From: Eledone cirrhosa
Lineage: Eukaryota
Assembly: GCA_964016885.1 (NCBI GenBank)
Contig: OZ024747.1
Coordinates: 39,742,001-39,806,000, forward strand
DNA length: 64,000 nt
Direction: 5' to 3'
The notes under the pieces are model-generated. The model made no database searches. It was not told the origin of the DNA and saw only the letters and a list, made by a program, of their open reading frames with translations. The translations under genes and the position numbers were made by a program. Shown here piece after piece: positions 11,769 through 25,030 of this stretch (position 1 is the stretch's first letter; every line of letters starts with the position of its first letter).

Positions 11769-14700
11769 ATGACCTCACTCAGAATAGGCAGCATAAATGC
11801 GCGTGGCGTGGGGTCGTCATGGAAGCAGGGCCACCTTCTCAACGACCTCAGGTCACTAAACATAGATGTAGTGGCCATCAGCGAGACCAGAATCTCCAAA
11901 GCACGGGCCTTCGCACCGATCTTAGGCGGCTACGATGTGTACGCATCTCCCAGCCGTCCAGGATCGGGGGTGGAGTTGCTGTGTTTTTTCGGAGAGGTTT
12001 GGATCTCGCCATACGGGCCATCTTCCTGGACCCAGAAGGTAAGTTGGTGGTGCTAGACGTGACCAGCGGAGACGGGTAAGCTTTCAGGGTAATGGCCGTC
12101 TATGCCCCGACAGGAGCAGGGCGGCCTGATTTCTTCCGGCGTCTGGAGACCTTTCTTGGAACGTCCTGCTCTTTAGTGTTAGTGGGCGACTGGAACAGGA
12201 TCTTAGATGCACGCTGGGACTGTGTGGGATTAGCGGATAGGGGAGGAGGGTGCAAGAGCCTCACCAACCTGCTCAGGCGTTTTGAACTGTCTGACAGGTA
12301 CCGATTGGATTTCCCGAATGTGCCAATGTGGACTTGAACAAATCGCATAGGGTCATCCAGATCATATCTAAATAGAGTATTTTGTAGAGAAATAGATATG
12401 TCTAGCATAGGCTGTCCACAATTCAAGATATTCAGCTACACGGACCACAAATTCGTGATCTGTGTGCTTGACTTAGATAGGCTTCATAGACGAGGACCCG
12501 GCTACTGGAAACTAAACGCGTCCTTACCAACGCGCAAGGCCTACAGAGACCGGATTAGCGAACTAGTTAAGCGGGCGTTGACGGGGGCTATCGTAAACAA
12601 CAAGTGGTGGTTTGCTCTGAAAAGAGCAATTAGAATAGAATCCATTAGGTTTAGTAAGGCTTTAGCAATAGAGAAAAATAGAGCAGAGGGAGATTTAGTT
12701 AGAAAATTAGACGTGCCGCTTAGCAAAGGCATCGCGACCGACATACTTGCGGCGAAATTGGCCCTTGACCAATTCTTCAATGCAAAGCACGAAGGCTGCG
12801 TTGTCGGAGCTAGGGTGCGTGCTCTCAGGCACGAGGGGACGAAAGCCGTTCAATGGGCCCGAGTGGCGGAGGCACGTCGGGGCAACAAAGCCACGATCCG
12901 GCGCATGCCACTCGATCCCGGGCAAATGTGTGAAGCTTTTCAGCGACACTTCGCCCAGTTGTTCGGGAGCAGCGGCGGGCGCTGATCGAGGGATGGACTT
13001 TAGTGTCTACCTCGACGGACTGCCGCGGCTCTCGGCCACTAGGGCGGAGTGTTGAGAAAAGCCGATAACAGCCGCTGAAGTACGGGAGGCAATGTCTAGC
13101 TGCACAAGGGGTAAATCGCCTGGTATGGATGGTCTGCCCTATGAACTTTACGTACAGATGCCAGACTTGTTCGGAGGCCTCTTGGCGGACGTCTACTGCA
13201 ACTGGCAACAGAACGGGAGAATTCCCAGCTCTGTGAGCCGAGGAGCGGTGGCACTGCTGAGAAAGGATCCGAACAAGGGGGATAACATAGATTATTTTAG
13301 GCCCATAACTCTGCTAAACACAGAGTTCAAGATTTTGGCCAAGGTGCTAGCAAAGAGGTTGGCGCTTGTCGTTGGTGGTCTGGGGAGAGGCGCAAACATG
13401 TGCCATTCCCGACAGATCCATCCACGACAACCTCCACCTCATGCGATACATCGTAGAGAGGGTAGCTAGGGACCCTGGCACGAGTGGTACGTGATCAATT
13501 TAGATCAGTCGAAAGCTTTCAATAGGGTCGACCATCGGTACCTAGCGGCAGTCTTGAGGGCGGCTGGCTTTGGGTCCGTCTTCAGAGGCTGGATCGCTGC
13601 TATGCACAGCGACATCTGCTCTGTGGTGAGAGTGAACGGTCCCCTTTCGGAACCGTTCAACATCATGCGCTCGGTACGCCAAGGATGTCCTCTCTCGTCC
13701 CTCTTGTACGTATTGACTCTCGAGCCATTACTACACAAACTGGAGACGTTGAGGGGGTCCCGCGCGAACTAGGATGCGGAAGATACGTGTCAGCATATGC
13801 GGACGATGTCACCGTAGTGGTGTCGAACGCCAAACACATCGAGGCGATCGGCACTACACTAAGAGAATACGAAGCGGTAACAGGAGCAATGATCAACCAG
13901 TAAAAGTCAGTGGGCCTGCAGCTCGGCACCTGGAGAGGCAGGTCCATGCCGTCCAACAGCGTCGTCAGGCGCTGGACGGACGGACCAGTTAAATTACTCG
14001 GGGTCTGGTTCGGTCCGGATCTCAAGACGGACAAAAACTGGGACGAGGTGACGAGCAGTGTGGCTTCCTTACCCAGAAATGGGCCGAGAAGAAGCTATCC
14101 CTGAAAGGTCGAGCGTAGGTGGCTAACGCGTATAACGCGTCCGTCATCTACTACCGCCTGACCGTCGTACCTTGTCCTAAGCCCCGCCTGACTGCGCTGG
14201 AGCGTTTGCTCTTTCGCTTTTTGTGGAAGGGACGCGCTCCGATGGTCAGGCGGTCCATCTGCTGTCAACACCCGCTACGTGGAGGGTTGGGAATGCCGTG
14301 GCTGATGATGCGTAGACACGCACTCAGGCTACGACATCTCCACCTCTTCCTCGACGGTGATCAGGTGTGGTCTCCGTTTGCTAGACGCGTCTTTTCCCGG
14401 CTCGTCTCCTTGGCGGAGCTGCAGTCCTGGGTCAAGCGAAGACCGAGAGGGAGCGCTTGGAGACTGGAATGTCTTCAGGCGCTCACAGCCCTCGACCAAT
14501 CGGGCAATGTTATCGGTGGAAACTCCACCTTGGCATTCTATAGAGGATTAGTGGCGGGGAAGAGCGACGACGTACTTGGGGAAACTCTAGGCGTCGACGA
14601 AAATCAACTAGCCAATCTCTTCGGAAGAACTTTCGGGCCGGGGCCTATGGACAACTTCCAGAAATCCCTGGCCTGGCAGTGCTACCGAGGAGCTTTGCCG

Positions 14701-15133
14701 GTTCGGGATAAACTCTACAGGCATGGAGGTGCCGTCAACCGGGCATGTCCGAGATGCGCGCAGGGAGACGAAACCGTCCTGCACGCACTCGTCCAGTGTC
14801 CGAGCATTGCTGTCGCGTGTAGGACTGATCCAGCTATCAGCTGAGTCCATCGTGAGGATTGTCCCGCCCTCTTCCTTTAGCCGGGAAGGGCAGGCAGTTT
14901 TTATCTGTCTGGTGGCCATGGCGAAAGAGATAGTATGGTGGACACATTTGAAAGGGCTGAAGACTAGCACTTACCTCTTCGGTGATGCCCTGATTAACTT
15001 TTTCAAATTTCATTTAAAAAGGAAAATCAGAGTAGAAAGGGAAGTGCTCTCTTCCCAGCATTTTGTTGAAAGATGGGTGAGAGAGGCAAGAATGGCCCGA
15101 GTGAATGGGCCTACTCTGAGTATGTGTCTGTAA
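11769..15133 (+). pseudogene. Tx1 family A ORF2 (APE endonuclease, RT, C-terminal zinc finger), with stops and frameshifts
   Basis: SINARG, SETR, GDWN, TDHK, KSPGMDG, FRPITLLN, LDQSKAF, RQGCPLS, AYADD and CPRCAQGDETVLHALVQC are spread over several frames. Confidence 0.93.
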
Positions 15134-15400
15134 ATTAAAGGTGGAAAACTGGGAGAGGGCACTTGCCTTAGTGGTCAGGGTCACTGTGGCTTTTTAATGG
15201 GCTTTCTCCACGAATGTCCCTCGGAAGTCTCCCCCCTATTGGGGAATTTGTTCATTGTTCTATTATTACATCCTCTGTTAATTGTTTTTTACACGCAGAA
15301 ATGCCCATTTGTACCGCCCTGTATTGTCCTGTACTGTCCTTAATGTCTACCTTATGTAGACCCTTGTGGTTAATAAAGAAAGCATTATTATTATTATTAT

Positions 15401-15497
15401 ATAACTTTGCCTTTCATCCTTACGGGGTCGATAAAATAAAGTACCAGTAATGTACTGGTTAATTGCTGGCCTTGTGCCTAAAGTAGAAACAATTATT
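15401..15497 (+). mobile_element. 5'-truncated SINE family A directly after the Tx1 (ATT)n tail
   Basis: taactttgcctttcatccttacggggtcgataaaataaagtaccag...gtagaaacaattatt. Confidence 0.88.
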
Positions 15498-15535
15498 ATA
15501 TATATATATATATATCTATATATATATATATATAT

Positions 15536-16014
15536 ATGTAAGTATGTATGTATACGTACTTACATATATGTATACAGACATACAGTAGCATGTATATATA
15601 TACATACAGGCACACATACATATATGCACGTATCAGTTTACCGAACATTTATTATAATTGTTTCTACTTTTGGCACAAGGCCAGCAATTACCCAGTGTAT
15701 TACTAGTACTTTATTTTATCGACCCCGTAAGGATGAAAGGCAAAGTTAACCTCGGCGGGATTTGAACTCAGAATGGCAAGGGCCGTAACTCAATGCGTCA
15801 AAGCATGGCGTCCGACCCTCTACCGATACTGCCAATCCAATTATCCCGTACAGTGTTTAGGCAACCACGTCACCTTTTTAACAAACCGATTATTATAATA
15901 AATGTTCGGTAAACTGATACGTGCATATATGTATGTGTGCCTGTATGTATATATATACATGGTACTGTACGTCTGTATACATATATGTATGTACGTATAC
16001 ATACATACTTACAT
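15536..16014. repeat. Inverted duplication (~123-bp arms) enclosing a SINE
   Basis: 15536-15658 is the reverse complement of 15892-16014 with few mismatches. The spacer holds a minus-strand SINE A (~15655-15840). Confidence 0.88.
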
Positions 16015-16065
16015 TTAAGTAAGTGCCGTACTAAGAGTGAGAAATGAAATTTCGTTTCATTCTAT

Positions 16066-16096
<31 letters not shown>

Positions 16097-16122
16097 TTAT
16101 AATTATATATATATATATATTA

Positions 16123-16169
<47 letters not shown>

Positions 16170-16199
16170 GTGAGGTTTTTTTTACAAAATGAAAAATAA

Positions 16200-16848
16200 C
16201 CGAGGTGTCCTACACGAGTGAAAGTATAAAGGAGATGAAATCGAAAATGCAACTGAAGTCTTATTTTTTTTTTTAAATATATATATTTATTTGGTTCCTT
16301 TACCGGTTTCGCAGTTCTGCTTTTCAAAAGGTGAGTTGAGATGGAGGGTCTGTGGTTTTTCTCACATCTGGTTGGTCTCTGAATGTTACTTGTTTTATAT
16401 GGAAAAAGTGGCTCGAAATTCCAGGTTTTTCGAGAAGTAATTTGATTGGTTTGTCAATAATTATAATAAATTTCGCGCCAGTTCGCGTTACAATAGTTCT
16501 TCAAATAAGAGAGGGGGGGGGTTGTCACAGGTTGTTTTTTCATATATGAGTGTTTGAATTTCTTTTTACTTGAAAAAAGGAGGCTCACGAAGGCTTTTTT
16601 TTTGGTTGGTTATAAATGAAATTTGGCTGTCACGTGAACAAGTTTTTATAACATTTTTGCGCCCTTATTTGGAAAACTATTCTGTAGTCTTTATAGTGAA
16701 TATATGACAATGGAGAGATAGTGGTCAAAAGAAAAGGGATTGGGAGAAATGTTCTGGTTCAGTGAATATGGCCAGCTCGCCGGGGTGTCAGAGTTCAGAT
16801 TTTCTATTGAGACTGAAGATATGTATGTTTATTTGTGTGCTTGTGTGT

Positions 16849-16888
<40 letters not shown>

Positions 16889-17208
16889 TGGAAGATGATT
16901 CTATTAGTAGAGATTGGGGAGGGAGTTGTGTGTGTGTGTATATGGGTGTTATGTGTGTGTGTGCGAGTATGTTAAGATGGAGAGAATATATATTTTGTGT
17001 GTGTGTATATATATATATGTGTGTAGGAAAGTGGTTCTATTAGTAGAAATGGGGAGGGAGTTGTAGGTGTGGGGGTTGTTATGTGTGTGTATGGGTGTTA
17101 TGTGTGTGGGAGTATGGTTAGCACGTTAAGATGAAGAGAATATATATATATATATATATTGTGTGTGTGTGTGTATGTGTGTGTGTAGGAAAGTGATTCC
17201 TTTAGTAG

Positions 17209-17210
<2 letters not shown>
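16200..17210 (-). mobile_element. Probable Penelope-derived remnant with internal tandem units
   Basis: Hammerhead at 16297, a QPKKSL-like linker remnant, and recurring ggaaagtg.ttc...tagtag units interleaved with (GT)n at 16890-17210. Confidence 0.4.
16297..16331 (-). ncRNA. Minimal hammerhead ribozyme, U3-A8 core variant
   Basis: Minus strand reads CCUU-UUGAAAA-GCAGAACUGC-GAAA-CCGG-UA-AAGG. C3/G8 is replaced by the compensatory U3/A8; palindromic ACCGGU stem III; GUA triplet. Confidence 0.7.
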
Positions 17211-17290
<80 letters not shown>

Positions 17291-17325
17291 ATATAGTTAG
17301 TATATTGGTGAGTAACTTTACGTTT

Positions 17326-17506
17326 TGGCAGTATCGGTAGAGGGCCGGATGCCATGCTTTGAAGCATAGAGTTACCTCCCTGTATGATCTGAGTTCAAAT
17401 CACACCGAGGTTAACTTTGCCTTTCATCCTTCTGGGGTCGATAGAATAAAGTACCAGTAATGCATTGGATAATTGCTGGCCTTGTGCCAAATGTAGAAAC
17501 AATTAT
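17326..17506 (+). mobile_element. SINE family A
   Basis: A-box tggcagtatcgg, B-box, core and tail are present. Confidence 0.9.
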
Positions 17507-18534
17507 TTGTTCACTCGTTGCATAAGTGGGCCCGGTTGTAAATGTTGTACTACTCATTTAGTCTTCATATGCAGAGTGTTAATAATTATAAGGAGTAGGA
17601 ATGTGGTGTCAAAATATCGTCATTATATTAAACTTATATTATTGCTTCTGCTTCATAAAACAACTTAAATCTCTAAAGTAAACAATATAATTTTATTTGT
17701 ATTTGAAATTAATCTTCCGATAGAATAGAACACAGAATGTTTAGGTGTAAAATTTTCTGATCAGCTATAACCTGTCCCTCCGCGGAGCGTGGCTGAGGCA
17801 CAGCTCTCTCTTGGTGTAGCACCTGTCTAAACTTTTCAGTTTCTTTCGTTGCTTGATTTTTCGTTTTCTTTTTCTTTTATAAATTTACGTTTTTGTCTCG
17901 TTTGATAGTATGTTTTGTTTGTGTATAAAAAGCTTTGTAAAATATAACTGTTAGCTAGTACTAGATATGCGAGATTTTTGACAAATATGTCTCGTTCTTC
18001 TTTCATACGTTTATCTTATCTTTGAGTTTCTTCTGCTGAAACAATTGGCGCTGTGTCAAATAAAATTATCTTTCCAATTAATTTCTCATTCAATATTTCT
18101 TCACTATATTTCGATTTTTCGATACTCGTTTGTGAACGTTTTCATCTTATTTAAATCATGAGGGAGAAATATGGATGTCAGATAATTTAATTTTCACATT
18201 TACGAAACCTGATGGCTTGTGCTTATAATCTTTTTATGGTCGTCGTGAGAGCAGTTTCATTTTCCTTACAATTCTAATTACCGCGATGAAAACAGTATAT
18301 ACGTTCTACAACACACTTCTATCCTCTTTCTAAATAAACTCACATTTTTTCTTCACTGTAACTATTTAATTACATCCTTGTGTGCTCTGAGTTCAAATCT
18401 ATCTGAAATGAAATTATTTTTGCATTTTATAACCAGTCACCTACATTTTCCTACTGAACCAACTACAAGCCAATTTAAATGGTTGGCAATGTGATAGAGA
18501 TGTAATTCATTATTCATTTTAATTTTACAGAGAA

Positions 18535-19350
18535 AAATTTGCAGAATTGGTAAGGCGTTGGTTAAAGTGCCATTGCAATATTTGTTCTGACATTTTGCAT
18601 TCTGAGTTCAAATCCGTCCAAGATAAACTTGGTCTTCTATCCTTCCGGTCTATAAAGTAAGTTCCACTCAAATAAAATAAGTTCCACTCAAGTACCGGAG
18701 TTGGTTTACTCAATTTTGCATTGCCCCCACATTTATGTAATGAATATTTGCCGATTCGAACCGCAACAATAAATTAAGACACCACCATTTCCGAATCAAA
18801 GCTAGAATGATTTTACATTCTTTCCAACTTCAATGACCATTAGAGACTTAATGAGCATCGTATCCAATGTACGTTTCAATGTTGCTATTATAAATAGATG
18901 GCTTTCCAATCACAAGGTCTTGGATTCTAATCTTATATTTTCCTCTGTAAATAGTTATTTCTCTAAAGTGACTTATACATTTAATCCTGTATTACATTTG
19001 TACATATATGTTGAACATTTATATCCTAGAAATATATTAAAATTTATCAAAACGGAATTCCTAGTTCGCATATCCAGTAATCTTGGTATACATGACATAA
19101 TAATCCTAGACACAAGAAAGTAAATATATTCAACAATGTTAGTATCGTATCGTTGTTTGCGGCACTCTTCCATTAGTATCGAATAAATATTTGTTTCTAA
19201 TTTTGGTACCAAGCCAGAAATTTGTAGGAAAGGGGAATATCGTTTAAATCAATCCCAGTGCGTTGAGGTACTTTATTCTAACGACCCCTTAAGAATGAAA
19301 TGCAAAACTAACCTCGGTGGGATTTGGTCTCAGAACTTATAGAGCCGTAA
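18535..19350. mobile_element. Older diverged SINE A-related copies (~18540-18720 plus; ~19190-19350 minus)
   Basis: Degenerate B-box (ctgagttcaaatcc) and core. Similar relics occur at ~3800-3960, 21140-21275, 22770-22860, 28310-28495 and 61070-61265. Confidence 0.6.
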
Positions 19351-21499
19351 CAGAGAGCAAGTTAGCTGATGCCCTCAGTATCTAATAAAATAATAATTAA
19401 CATATATGAAACGTAGGGAATGTTGCTATTATGGAGTGATGAAATGTAAATATTCAATGTATACTAGATAAATTTTGTTTGATTTTGAGTTCCACTAGCA
19501 GCTTTTAATTTATTCCTCGTAATATATGCACACAAATGTCTCTGCAATTGCATTAAAATTTCTCTGGTTTCAATTTAGTATATTGCATTCCGGATCGATA
19601 ATAAAGACCAAACAAATATCAGATATAAGTTGAGTTCATTTAATCAACTAAATCTCTTTTACAAAATTGGTCTTGTTCCCTACCAGAAGGCGCCAATGTT
19701 GCATCATTGGACGCCGGCAATATGAATGATATCATATTATCTAGATTAATCAGAATTTACTTACACCTTCTTCAGAGTTTAATCTCCACGTGTTTTGCCT
19801 TTCTGCTAGTTCTACTTCGAGCGTCAATTAAGATAGAAAATCAATATAATAAACTATGATATACCATATCGTAAATCTCTCTACTGAAGTTACCTATCTA
19901 GAATACAACACAAATGAAAACATTCAGGTCATCATGCTGCAGACGGGGAGGTTATTTTGCTGAGGTGGTAATACAGTAAACGAATATATAATGTTGTAAA
20001 GTAGAAGATAATATCGGGGAAGAGTTGAGAATAATGTACATATGATACGGTAGAGAAAGAGATAATATTTACAAAGAGATGCTGAGAAAGAGACAGAGTG
20101 AGATAATAGCCTAGAACCAAATGTAAACTTTTAATAACCAAGGTAACAAACTGGTTTCAATTCTGGTTAAAGACGTTCCGGATTTCAGTTCTTTTGCATA
20201 CGAATTATTTTCTTGTTTATTCGCTTAGTTAAAATAGAAAGGACGCTGCGGCTGATGGTTCGGCATGAGTGAGAAACTCAGAACTGTCAAGTCTCCCCAT
20301 CCGACAGGGGAATTTCCCCGTTTTGGTTCATTTCTTCCCGTCTCCCTGCTTTTGTGAAAGTGGGTACAGCTTTCATCATGTAAGATCTGACCATTTGGGC
20401 TCATTTCTCCCTATTTATTCGCAAAACTTTGCTCAACTCATGGTAGAAATCTTGCAAGATGTTTGGCATTTGTGAAGTGCAGTTCTTAGCACGACCAGAT
20501 ATTTATCACCTTTTGTTCGGGGTATGGGAGTTATTTCTCATTAGTTTCTCTGTTTATATGAATGGCCTGATGAAATAAATATAGCAATACTGCAGAACAT
20601 TGTTCTGTATCCACAGTCCTCTCTCTTTTTCTTTGGATTTTTATTTTTTTAATTGAATCTAATTTACAAGTTTGTTTTTTTAAATGTGTATTATATGTAT
20701 GAACTGAGGAGTAATTTCAATGAGTCGATCAATGGAAAAGTGTCTCATTTCCTATTAATTATATGAGAAGAAATAATCAAACAATAGATTTCTTTCCTGA
20801 AGCCATTGCAAATTTGTCTCGCTTTATACTCATTGTCTTAATGTTTGTTTCAATTCGTAAGAAATATTTCTCAATAAAATCACAATGTTAAAGTGCAACA
20901 ATATAAATATATGGAAGCAGTTACTATTGGAAGTTTTGAAAAGAGTGTGTATATGTGTATAACGCCGTAACTCCTCATGGTGTTGTAGGAGCACCGTCTT
21001 TTCAAACGGCGTGCCTTGGAAACTATAAACTCGATGGGGCCCCAGCCCTTATCCATGTCTAAACGCAGCTGATTAAGTCTAGGAGGTGTGGCGCGTGTGT
21101 CGGAAAAGGATATAGAAGAATCAACTGCAGCATCTGAATGGTACTTTATTTATCGACCTCGAAATGATGAAAAGTAAAGTTGACTTTGGTCGCATTCGAA
21201 CTCATAGAGCTCAGAAAGCCAGAAGGAATACAGTATAACATTCTGTCCGATGTTCTGGCGATTCTGCTAATCCGCTGCTTTGATAATAGTATAGATACTG
21301 TCATTTTATTTGATTTTACGAATGTATTACTCAATTGTATAGATTTGTGGGAAATATATATGAAAGTCAACAACAGTAGTCAGCATATTAACTATAATGG
21401 TTAAGGGATAGGAAGCAATGTGTATTATGCTTACAGATTCAGGGGGCTAGTGGGAACTCTTAAGGGAATTACAATTTCTGCATAAGAATGTATATAGTG

Positions 21500-21770
21500 T
21501 GAAGGCTCGTGGTCTAGTGGTAAGAGTGTTGAACTTAGGAACCTAATGCCGTGGGTTCGATTCCTAGACTGGGCTGTGTGTTTTATTCTTGAGCAAAAAA
21601 AATTATTTCACGTTGCTCCACGATACTAAGCCGAAAATGAGTACCAGCAATTGATGGGGGTTTAACCCTGCGATGGAGATCCGTCCTGCGCTGTCTTCGT
21701 CTTGTACTCTCAGTCGCTTCACCCCACGGAAACTGGGATAAGTACTGACCTGATTAGACTTTATACTTAG
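21500..21770 (+). mobile_element. SINE family B (tRNA head, CORE-like cttgagcaa segment)
   Basis: A-box tggtctagtgg, B-box gggttcgattcc, then ttcttgagcaa. Homologous to the minus-strand copy at 54030-54265. Confidence 0.75.
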
Positions 21771-23266
21771 ACATGTATATACACCACCAACATTTCAGAA
21801 TATACTTCTAGTCACATTACATATTTGTAATTACAATTAATTGAGACTTTGCTACATCAGCCCAATTTTGAAAATACAGATGGAGTTTTCTTATTCCTGT
21901 GCTTTTTTTTTTGGGGGGGGGGATTATCGGCTTGCTTTTGCTCTTTGAAACAATGATTGATTAAAAAGAATTAAACAGACACTGGATAAGAAATATAAGC
22001 TGTGTAAATTGCTGTTGTTTAACCCCAGTTCGTCTCTAATTAAGCTGACATGGGTTCAAAACTGTTCAGGCGTGTCCATCACGTCCTCTAAGCATGGAAA
22101 ACATCATGATATAATGAGTTCTTTTCTTATGTAATACAGTGTTTTCAATATTGTGTAATTTAGTGGTGAGGATATAGTCGATTATATCGACCCCATTAGG
22201 GTGATAGACTGACAGAATTGTTAAACAATCAGTGTTTAACTAACTTACATCATCCTGAGTTCAAATCTCGTCTTTTGATTTTCGCGTTATCCCTACCCAC
22301 AAATAACTGGATTTGTGCCTACCTTAGTAACCATTACGACTTAATCTGTAATGGGGTGACTTTAGATGATTTAGATAACACAGAATTACTTTATTTTGTC
22401 GATTTAGGAAGAATAAAAAGAAAATTAACCATTGTGTGAATTGAACCCAGAATGTAGAATCGGAATGGATACCGAGGCTATAACGATTCTACCAACATAC
22501 TGCCCTCAGTTCACATAAATCTTTATGTTTACCTGAATGGGAGCCTTCCTTTTTCTATAACAAGTTATAATTGGTTTGGTTCCAGTATAACAAATTCTGC
22601 AAAACATGAAATAGCAGACGATCATATATTTAGTTAGGTTTTCATAAATAGCATTCTCTAGTTTCATCAACTCTTTATAAATATTGACAGGGTGATGTCC
22701 CTTGCAACATTGGTCATACTTGTTTTGTTATAAAATTATTGATGATGCATTTGTTTCTGCTTTTTACATTTTAATTTCAGATCCCACCGATGTCAACTTT
22801 GCTTTTTATCTCTTCAGGATCGATATAATAAAGTACCAGTTAGATAGTAGGTCGATAAAATACATTTCCCCACCACTTCATCTAAATAAGAAATCGTTTA
22901 ATGAGTTGTCATATATGTTTTATTGTGTTCTCTACGATTTTCTCTTCGATTGCAGTAAGGAGACCCGTCGTCCGCGATGACACTGCCCTTTACTTATCAA
23001 TGGAGCATCCTCAGATTTTGACAAATTTACAGTGAAATGTTTATTCCAAAACTTAGAATAATTACGAACTAGATTACCCACTCAGAATGGTCCGAAGATT
23101 CTGCACCCCAACTCCGAGACACAGGCTTGACTAATTTTGCTGGAGATGGCTCTCAGCCCGGCTACTGCCCACTGGTTAATAATATATTGCTAAAGGATTC
23201 TATAACATTGAAGATAACAAAAATATTTATATTTTTTAATCAATTAAAGATGTAGCGTAATGTCTG

Positions 23267-23499
<233 letters not shown>

Positions 23500-23734
23500 G
23501 TAATGCACTTCGCAAAATATATTACTTTTAAATGAACAATCTCTTCAGTCGAATATCCATTTATAATTATTTAAAATTATGACCAGAACTTTCGTTCTCT
23601 CACAAACAGCATTTGGCTGCCTGTAAAAGATTTTGTTTGTGATTACCCGAGTCACGAATGCAGAGTGACAACATTTGAAGTCACAAACAATCTAGGTTGC
23701 CCTGTTTCCACGTCTCGACCTCTGTACTCTCGAT

Positions 23735-23920
23735 ATAATTGTTTCTACGTTTGGCACAAGGCCAGCAATTATTCCAGTACAATACTGGTACTTTTTTATC
23801 GATCCCGTAAGCATAAAAGGCCAAGTTAACCTCGGTGGGATTTAAACTCAGATCGTAAAGGGGCGTAACTCTCTGTAGCAAAATATGGCGTCCGACCCTC
23901 TACCAATACAGCAAATCCAC
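23735..23920 (-). mobile_element. SINE family A
   Basis: Reverse complement of head, core and tail. Confidence 0.88.
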
Positions 23921-24222
23921 AAATGAAGTAAAATCAAAATAAATGTCATATTTTCGAAAGATGCGTATAATTTTACGTCTCTGTATTTACTGTTTTAACA
24001 AAGTAAATACAGAGTGTATTAACAAAGTAAATACACTCAAGTGTTAAATACAAAAATATAAAAAGATTAAATACAAGGGAAATAATTCTGTGAGTTTGTC
24101 TCCCTTTGATGGGTAACCGAACTTCCTACGTGAAGTATCATAATATGATAAAGGGAGTCAACTAAGGTTTAATACATGAGTAACGTTTTTGTTTCAATAC
24201 TAGTTTCAAAGTGCAATATTTT

Positions 24223-24737
24223 CCCCATTCCCATAGGTGAGTCATCCTAGCTCCATATTTCCATACTGTGTCACTGAAGATAGCCAAATTCTATAGTGTG
24301 CCACCCTAGCTTCACAGTTCTATAGTGCGACACCCTAGCATCAAATGCCATATTTTCTTACACTATCTCCCCATTGCCATAGGGGTGCGGTTACCCTAGC
24401 TACATGTTTCCATACTGTGTTACCGAAGCTCCCCAGTTACATAGTGTGTCACCCTAGCTCTGCAGTGCTATAGTGAGACCCCCTAGCTCCGAAGTGCAGT
24501 ATTGTGCCACCCTAACTACCCATTGCCGTAGGAGCGTCACCCTAGCTTCATATTTCCATACTCTATCACTGAAGCGCCCTAGTTCCATAGTATGCCACCT
24601 AGGTTCTGCAGTGCCATAGTGTTCCGCCCTAGCTCCGTGGTGCCATAGTATGACACCCTAGCTCCGAAGTGCCGTATTTTCCACCCTATGTCCCCATTAC
24701 CATATTTTACCATCCTATGTTCCCAGTGCCATACTGT
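24223..24737. repeat. Minisatellite, ~28-29 bp unit with ~147-bp higher-order structure
   Basis: Unit approximates ccatagtgtgtcaccctagctccgcagtg. The variant block cccatt.cc.tagg...tttccatact.....act/ccgaag recurs at ~24224, 24370 and 24518. Confidence 0.85.
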
Positions 24738-24948
24738 CCTTTAACAGCATCTTAAGACGATGATGATGTTAATGTTGATGTAATGATGATGATGTCAATG
24801 ATGATGATGATGATGATGATAATTATTTACCCACCTGTTCACTCTCCTTTGGAGACACATACATTCACAAAGAGCATAGTTTTTACACCTCCCCCTTTCT
24901 CACTTTTACACACACATACACACTCACACACACACACACACACACACA

Positions 24949-25028
<80 letters not shown>

Positions 25029-25030
<2 letters not shown>

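Larger units (their letters stand above)
9490..15383 (+). mobile_element. Full-length but decayed Tx1/L1-clade non-LTR retrotransposon (family A)
   Basis: 5' UTR, ORF1 with zinc knuckle, APE-RT-CCHC ORF2 homologous to 32380-35817, and a 3' UTR ending AATAAAGAAAGC. (ATT)n on both sides. SINE inserted in ORF1. Confidence 0.93.

Noticed and set aside
9302-15383. LTR retrotransposon suggested by the flanking direct repeats
   Set aside because: No TG..CA ends, PBS, protease, RNase H or integrase. The internal ORF is APE-RT, and the repeats are copies of the LINE 3' UTR.
24223-24737. CRISPR-like array
   Set aside because: Contiguous degenerate monomers without unique spacers, in eukaryotic context with no cas genes.
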